DNA of 63,414 nucleotides, filler included, from Clostridiaceae bacterium (GTDB taxonomy: Bacteria; Bacillota; Clostridia; CAYPLH01; DUMO01), in assembly GCA_012839865.1 (NCBI GenBank). It is 6 parts of 5 records of this genome, joined end to end, with 100 filler letters (N's around TTAATTAATTAA, not from the genome) between each part and the next. Parts side by side here need not be neighbours in the genome. Positions count along the whole stretch, not along the records: positions 57,874 to 61,574 come from DUMO01000024.1; positions 61,675 to 63,414 come from DUMO01000031.1; 4 more parts are not named here. One strand, given 5' to 3'. The notes under the pieces were generated by a model. That model saw only the letters and a list, made by a program, of their open reading frames with translations, was not told the origin of the DNA and ran no database searches. Each line of letters opens with the position of its first letter. The first letter of the stretch is position 1. Of the stretch, positions 57,902 through 63,414 are shown one piece after another. The translations under genes were made by a program, and so were the position numbers.

Positions 57902-59440
57902 TCACTTATTCATAAACTTTTCTACTTCCTGGACCATTTCAGGGTAGCCTGACCTGTTATATTCTTCTACAAACAGGTTCCAGTCGGTTTCTATATTGGC
58001 TTCACCTGTAATGAATTTCATCTGCCATTTTTCAAGGACATCATTGAGTACCGGGGTAAGTTCCGTTACCTTATCACTTCTCAACCCTATAACATTGGAG
58101 AATACTGCATGCTCCTCAACATAGCGGCGGTTGGACAGCAGTCTTTCGTCTGTTTCTATTCTCCAGGATGTGGCGGCACGGGTCATCAATGCACCCACAA
58201 GATGCGGTTCTCCTCCGATGAAGTCCTTTTCATACCTGTCTTTGACATATACTCTCTGGCCATTTACAGTATTGTAATGAACACCTTCAATTCCTTCTGA
58301 AATGATAATCTGGCCTTCTTCACTCAGTATATAATCCACCATGGCCAGCACCCTTGCCCTAGTGGTTTCATCCAGTTTTGAAGGCACATGGACACCGCTG
58401 AAATACCCCGCTCCGCCGGTTATTGTAACTTTATCGCGGCCTGTTGCCTTGGGCCAGTTGATAATTCCAAGCTTGGCATTAGGATTGTAGGTAAGCAGTG
58501 GTCCTTCCATTTGGGACATCTGGCCTCTGAGACCGTTTTCCAGCGCAACTGCTGCCTTACCAGTGGCCATCTTCTTAAATACTTCGTTGGGTGTATTCAA
58601 ATACAGCTCATTGTCCAGCAGCCCCTCTTTAAACAGACCGGCAAAGTAAGCCAGCATTTCCTTATACTCGTCCAGCAAGGCGATATATGTCCATTTTCCA
58701 TCTATTTTGGTCCAATCGCCTGATGATATACCGGTAAATATTGATGAGAAGTTGGAGATGAGCCCACCTACCGCTGATGTCAAACCGGTGGCTTTTTGTC
58801 CGTCAGGATCTGCTTCCACCATTTTTCTCAGGAATTCCTTAAACTGGTCAGTGTCCTCAGGCTGCTTAAGACCTAATTTTTCAACCCAATCCTGCCTTAC
58901 ATACAGGGCATTTCCCACAGGTCCCGTGTAATTTGGAAGAACATAATATCCGTCAGGTTCTTTAAACGCTTCAATGTTTGGAAGGGTAAAATGCTTTTTA
59001 ATGTTTTCAAAGCCGTACTTGTCTGCATATTCCGTAATGTTTATAATTTGCTTGTCCAGCAGCAAGCTGCTGTATGTAACCATGTCTCCGGGAATCTGCG
59101 TTTTAAACAATTCAGGATAAGTGCCGGCTGCAATTCTTAAATTAAGAGCATCGGTATATTTATCATAGATTACCATTGTCATGGATACATCAGCATTGAT
59201 CTTTTCACCAAGATACTTCAGGACCCCGTCATCAGGGTCAATGGTAACCGGCCCGAAGCTCATTATTTCAATTTTAAGCCTTTTGCTCATGTCTACTTTT
59301 GCAGTTTCATTCGCGTTTGCATTTTGCGTTTCAGTTCCTGCAGTCTGGCTGCCTGTTGTTTCCTGGGGTACCTTGGCAACGCATGCAGTTAGGCTTGCTG
59401 CCAAAATAAATACCAACAAAAATGCAATTACTTTTTTCAT
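57902..59440 (-). CDS. Carbohydrate ABC transporter substrate-binding lipoprotein (LplA-like)
   Basis: Lipobox LTAC; YVRQDWVEKLGL..P; KFITGEA.I..DW. Confidence 0.88.
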   Translation of the reverse strand: MKKVIAFLLVFILAASLTACVAKVPQETTGSQTAGTETQNANANETAKVDMSKRLKIEIMSFGPVTIDPDDGVLKYLGEKINADVSMTMVIYDKYTDALNLRIAAGTYPELFKTQIPGDMVTYSSLLLDKQIINITEYADKYGFENIKKHFTLPNIEAFKEPDGYYVLPNYTGPVGNALYVRQDWVEKLGLKQPEDTDQFKEFLRKMVEADPDGQKATGLTSAVGGLISNFSSIFTGISSGDWTKIDGKWTYIALLDEYKEMLAYFAGLFKEGLLDNELYLNTPNEVFKKMATGKAAVALENGLRGQMSQMEGPLLTYNPNAKLGIINWPKATGRDKVTITGGAGYFSGVHVPSKLDETTRARVLAMVDYILSEEGQIIISEGIEGVHYNTVNGQRVYVKDRYEKDFIGGEPHLVGALMTRAATSWRIETDERLLSNRRYVEEHAVFSNVIGLRSDKVTELTPVLNDVLEKWQMKFITGEANIETDWNLFVEEYNRSGYPEMVQEVEKFMNK

Positions 59441-59649
59441 ATTTTTGACCTCCCTTAAATTTATTTGTGTATGATGAGCTTAAGAAATGTGACTTGAATC
59501 ACCTCCATGCAGCTTATTTTGATGAAACCCAGGTTTATTGAATTTTGTTGCAGTTCTTTGAGTATTTATTTATATAGTCTTGGTTAAATTGCTCAAGTTC
59601 AACAGTTCTTATAAATTTTGCCCAGCCCACCGGATGTATTGCATACAAA

Positions 59650-60501
59650 TCATCCTTTTATTGCTCCAACCATCGCTCCCTTTATAAAGTACCTCTGCAG
59701 GAAAGGATAAACTACCAGAATGGGCAAAGTTGTAATTATTACATTTGCCATTTTTATATTTTCCGAAAACACAACTGATGTTGTTGAGTGTGCAGCTTCT
59801 GCATCTGAAATGTTTGCCAATATTCTGTAAAGGTTATCCTGAAGTGTCTTCTTTTCAGGATCCGTCACAAAAAACAGGGAGGGGAAAAACGTGTTCCAGT
59901 ATTGTACCGCATAAAACAGCAATATGGTTACCAACACAGGTTTTGACAGGGGTAATACAAACCTGAAAAACACCCCGAATTCATTACACCCGTCAATTCT
60001 CGCTGACTCCTTGATTTCAACCGGAAACTCCATAAAACTGGTTCTCATTATTATAAGGTTAAATGTGTTTATCAGAAATGGTATTATATATACCAGTCTT
60101 GTATTTACAAGTCCCAGGTTCTTATACAGTACAAACTCAGGAATAAGCCCGCCCTTGACAATCATTGTAAACACTATGAACGCCATAATCCAATTTCTGC
60201 CTTTGAACTGCATTGAGAGGCCATAAGCTGTATATGCTGTCATTGCCAGGCTAAGGATGGTACCAAAGATTGTAATTATTATGGTTGTTTTCATTGGTTC
60301 TATGATGCTGCCCATTTTGAAAATGTGAATATAGGACTCCAAGGTTATTTTTTTCGGGAAAATCACAAAAACAGTATTTATAAATTCATTATAAGTCATT
60401 AAGGAACCAACCAGAGTATACCAAAATGGATACAGCATAATTAAGCCGATTATAACAAACAATGTATAAATTATGACATCTCCTGCGGTAGTCTTTTTCA
60501 T
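59650..60501 (-). CDS. Carbohydrate ABC permease (LplC/MalG-like)
   Basis: EAA motif ESARIDGC; WNTFF; YPFLQRYF.KG. Confidence 0.92.
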   Translation of the reverse strand: MKKTTAGDVIIYTLFVIIGLIMLYPFWYTLVGSLMTYNEFINTVFVIFPKKITLESYIHIFKMGSIIEPMKTTIIITIFGTILSLAMTAYTAYGLSMQFKGRNWIMAFIVFTMIVKGGLIPEFVLYKNLGLVNTRLVYIIPFLINTFNLIIMRTSFMEFPVEIKESARIDGCNEFGVFFRFVLPLSKPVLVTILLFYAVQYWNTFFPSLFFVTDPEKKTLQDNLYRILANISDAEAAHSTTSVVFSENIKMANVIITTLPILVVYPFLQRYFIKGAMVGAIKG

Positions 60502-60515
60502 ATTTACCCACCTTC

Positions 60516-61466
60516 TTAGAAAATTCCATGCTCGCCAAATTTCTTTGCAATGCGGTCTGCTGTCGCAAGCAGTATTGCAGCAACTATTGTCTGGAAAAAC
60601 CCGGCTGCGGCTGCAAAACTATACCTGCCTTGCTTTAGTCCGACCCGCCAGATAAATGTGTCAAGTATATCTGATACCTCCAGTGTCATTTCATTCTGCA
60701 GCGCCAAAACCTGTTCAAAACCTACTGTTAGTGTCTGCCCAACCCTGATTATCAACAAAGCTATTATAATATTCTTTATACCGGGAAGTGTTATGTGCCA
60801 TATTCTTCTGAATCTGCTGGCACCGTCTATATAGGCTGATTCATATAATGTTGGGTCAATTGCTGTAATTGCTGCCAGGTATATTATACTTCCCCATCCG
60901 CTTTCTCTCCATATAACACTTAAGATCGAGATTGTCCTAAAATACTCTTTCTTACCCAGAAATAATACAGGTTTTCCTCCAAATATCTCAATTATTTTAT
61001 TTATCATACCGCCGTTTAGAGTTGTTAAACTATAGATAAGTCCGACAATTACCACCCATGAAATAAAATGCGGTAAATACACGATAGTTTGAATAGATCT
61101 TTTAAATACCTGGTTTTTAATTTCATTCAGTGCCAAAGCCATTAATATAGGTACCGGCCATGAAAAAAACAATTTCAGCATATTGAGTATCAAAGTATTT
61201 TTAAGGGCTCTCCAAAAAAAAGAATTGGTGAACAAGCTTTCAAAATGCTTGAAACCTACCCAGGGCAAATCAAAAACGTTCCTTGTTATTCTGAAGTCCT
61301 TGAATGCTATCTGGAGAAAATACAACGGTCCGTAATGAAAAACAAGATAATAAATAATAGCCGGGAACAGGAATAAAATTACTTCCTTGCCTTTGAAAAA
61401 TTCTTTTACTGCACCAGGAAAACTCTGATTTGCTTTGATTGCTCTGCCTGTGTTGTTTGCTTTCAT
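60516..61466 (-). CDS. Carbohydrate ABC permease (LplB/MalF-like)
   Basis: YLPHFISWV; LYESAYIDGASR. Confidence 0.92.
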   Translation of the reverse strand: MKANNTGRAIKANQSFPGAVKEFFKGKEVILFLFPAIIYYLVFHYGPLYFLQIAFKDFRITRNVFDLPWVGFKHFESLFTNSFFWRALKNTLILNMLKLFFSWPVPILMALALNEIKNQVFKRSIQTIVYLPHFISWVVIVGLIYSLTTLNGGMINKIIEIFGGKPVLFLGKKEYFRTISILSVIWRESGWGSIIYLAAITAIDPTLYESAYIDGASRFRRIWHITLPGIKNIIIALLIIRVGQTLTVGFEQVLALQNEMTLEVSDILDTFIWRVGLKQGRYSFAAAAGFFQTIVAAILLATADRIAKKFGEHGIF

Positions 61467-61574
61467 AGTCTGATTACCTTCAATCTATACAAAATTTATG
61501 CATAACAATAAAACATCAACTATTATTTCCAACACAACAACAATTAAGATAACATACTTCAGACCTGATTAAAA

Positions 61575-61674
61575 NNNNNNNNNNNNNNNNNNNNNNNNNN
61601 NNNNNNNNNNNNNNNNNNTTAATTAATTAANNNNNNNNNNNNNNNNNNNNNNNNNNNNNNNNNNNNNNNNNNNN
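61575..61674. other. Assembly spacer
   Basis: N/TTAATTAATTAA/N. Confidence 0.99.
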
Positions 61675-61676
61675 CA

Positions 61677-62090
61677 GTTGGTGCTGATATAGCAATTGAT
61701 CCGATTCATGAAGATGTTGAGTCTGTTTTAAGTAATCATGGAATTAAGGATTTTAATACCGTCATTGAATGTGTCGGACATAAAAAGACAATGCTGGATG
61801 CCATAAAATATGCAAGCAAAAATGCAGTTGTTATGCTTTTCGGATTAGGCAATCCAAGTGATGAAATCCCTATAAAACCATTTGAAATCTTCAGAAAAGA
61901 AATAGTTATAAAATCATCGTATACCAACCCTTATACGCAGGACAGAGCAAATAAACTTATCAATTCAGGAAGAATAAATTTGAAGAGCCTTATTGCTGAA
62001 ACTGTTTCACTGAAAGAGTTGAGTGAAGTTTTAAAAGATCCTGCCAGAAGGAGAAAAGGCAAAATAATTATAGACCCGTGGAAAGACTAG
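61677..62090 (+). CDS. Zn-dependent (MDR) alcohol/polyol dehydrogenase, C-terminal fragment
   Basis: VGADIAID, VIECVG, VVMLFG, GKIII; 5' part lost in the gap. Confidence 0.75.
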   Translation, partial: VGADIAIDPIHEDVESVLSNHGIKDFNTVIECVGHKKTMLDAIKYASKNAVVMLFGLGNPSDEIPIKPFEIFRKEIVIKSSYTNPYTQDRANKLINSGRINLKSLIAETVSLKELSEVLKDPARRRKGKIIIDPWKD

Positions 62091-62327
62091 TTTTATTGAA
62101 TACGAGTGAAAAGTACGAGTAAATAAGTTTTGTCCAAATAATTCTGCAGTAATGTATTATCGGTTATTAAAAAATAAATACACCAAAAATAATTTGTGGC
62201 GTTTAAATAAAAATAGTTTAACAGCTTCAAAATTATTTTTGTTTATTTTAACTTGCATATTACAGGTTATATCAGACGGAATGTATGTAATAACCATAAA
62301 ATCAGTTTATTAGGAGAAAGATGAAAG

Positions 62328-63269
62328 ATGAAAGATACAGAAATTATTTTTCCACACATTGATGAAGCTGAGCGTATACGGCGGTTGGAACCTCCTAAGG
62401 GCAAAATAAACATGGTGCTGGATACCGATACTTACAACGAGGTGGACGACCAGTTTGCACTGGCTTATACGCTTTGTTCATCTGAAAAAATAAATCTTGA
62501 AGCTGTTTACGCTGCTCCTTTTTACAATGACCGGTCAAGCAGTCCTGCGGAGGGTATGGAAAAAAGTTATAATGAAATTCTTAATGTTTTCTCATTGCTC
62601 GGAAAATCAAGTGACGGTATGGTCTACCGCGGCTCAACGGAATTCATGAAGAATCCGTATACACCATGCCGGAGTGAAGCCGCACAAAACCTTGTTCAAC
62701 GGGTTAGAGCCATGAAAGATGATGATGAACCGCTGTATGTTGTAGCGATAGGCGCTATAACCAATGTTGCTTCCGCTATTTTGCTTGATCCTGAAATTAT
62801 AAGGAAAATCGTTGTCATCTGGTTGGGAGGACATGCTTATTTCTGGCCTCACACAAAAGAGTTCAACCTTTGGGAGGATATTTATGCTGCCAACGTGGTA
62901 TTTGGCTGTGGTGTTCCCCTTGTGCAGATACCATGCATGGGTGTTACTTCCCACCTGAGGACAACAATACCTGAGCTTGAATTTTACCTGAAAGGCAAAA
63001 GTGAAGTAGGCACATATCTGACCCGGATTGTCACCAACTATACCAAATCGCCATATGGATGGTCCAAACCAATATGGGACGTTGCTGCAATTGCCTGGTT
63101 GGTTAATTCTGACTGGGTGCACACAGGTTATGTGCACAGTCCGATTGTGACCGTCGAGGGTACTTACAGTTTCAGCACAAAGCGCCATTTAATCAGATGC
63201 GCATGGTATTTGGACCGGGATCCCATTTTTGCCGATATGTTCAGAAAGTTGAGCTGTATTAACGTTTAG
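62328..63269 (+). CDS. Inosine-uridine-type nucleoside hydrolase family protein
   Basis: DTDTYNEVDDQFA, IGAITN, EFNL..D, WD. Confidence 0.85.
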   Translation: MKDTEIIFPHIDEAERIRRLEPPKGKINMVLDTDTYNEVDDQFALAYTLCSSEKINLEAVYAAPFYNDRSSSPAEGMEKSYNEILNVFSLLGKSSDGMVYRGSTEFMKNPYTPCRSEAAQNLVQRVRAMKDDDEPLYVVAIGAITNVASAILLDPEIIRKIVVIWLGGHAYFWPHTKEFNLWEDIYAANVVFGCGVPLVQIPCMGVTSHLRTTIPELEFYLKGKSEVGTYLTRIVTNYTKSPYGWSKPIWDVAAIAWLVNSDWVHTGYVHSPIVTVEGTYSFSTKRHLIRCAWYLDRDPIFADMFRKLSCINV

Positions 63270-63317
63270 ACATTCTTATTGTTTATGAAAAAATCCGGAA
63301 TAAAGGGGAAAAGTGAT

Positions 63318-63414
63318 ATGCCAGGCGTAAATGATGTAAAAATTGCCGTTGTTGGCAGTATCAACATTGATTACACAGTTTATGTTGAAAAGAGGCCTGT
63401 TGCAGGAGAAACGG
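63318..63414 (+). CDS. rbsK: Ribokinase-like PfkB kinase, N-terminal fragment (window edge)
   Basis: MPGVNDVKIAVVGSINIDYTVYVEKRPVAGET. Confidence 0.7.
   Translation, partial: MPGVNDVKIAVVGSINIDYTVYVEKRPVAGET

Noticed and set aside
59540..59645. Short ORFs in the ABC spacer (MQYIRWAGQNL; 37-aa TTG ORF)
   Set aside because: Too short, with no supporting evidence.
12998..61674. Repeated TTAATTAATTAA flanked by N runs, five times
   Set aside because: Artificial contig spacer with stops in all six frames; not biological.
62317..62336. AAAGATG tandem giving an out-of-frame ATG at 62321 closer to the RBS than the nucleoside hydrolase start
   Set aside because: The in-frame ATG at 62328 is still within usable distance; no evidence of regulatory meaning.
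1817..63188. Numerous antisense or nested ORFs in the six-frame track
   Set aside because: Shadows of longer motif-bearing genes on the opposite strand or in another frame.

Overview
63.4 kb from a draft genome of a spore-forming Clostridia-type Firmicute (taxon inferred from gene content only). It consists of six contigs joined by 100-nt N/TTAATTAATTAA/N spacers, so adjacency across the spacers is not guaranteed. Contig 1 (1-12997) is an accessory locus: a Tad/Flp-like pilus operon headed by a cytoplasmic Hanks-type Ser/Thr kinase fused to a MinD/ParA-like tail, with atypical Walker A motifs in both ATPases, followed by surface/secreted proteins. An IS200/IS605 element appears to straddle the first gap: a tnpA N-terminus lies on one side, and a TnpB-like tail plus a right end/omegaRNA-like segment on the other. 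Housekeeping and metabolic genes include glnA (GS III), hup, radC, aroA/aroK/aroC, rRNA methyltransferases, RluA, HtrA with a two-component system, glycerate kinase and serA. Other notable items are a LacI-nagA-2HADH-eda-kdgK-LarA-type sugar-acid operon, an AraC-OYE-SDR-flavoprotein cluster, a tandem active/degenerate thymidylate-kinase-like pair, a singlet glycine riboswitch ahead of serA, a three-copy MITE family, a REP-like repeat family and a probable IS256-type left end. No rRNA, tRNA or CRISPR array was seen. All assignments come from motif recognition by eye; no database searches were run.
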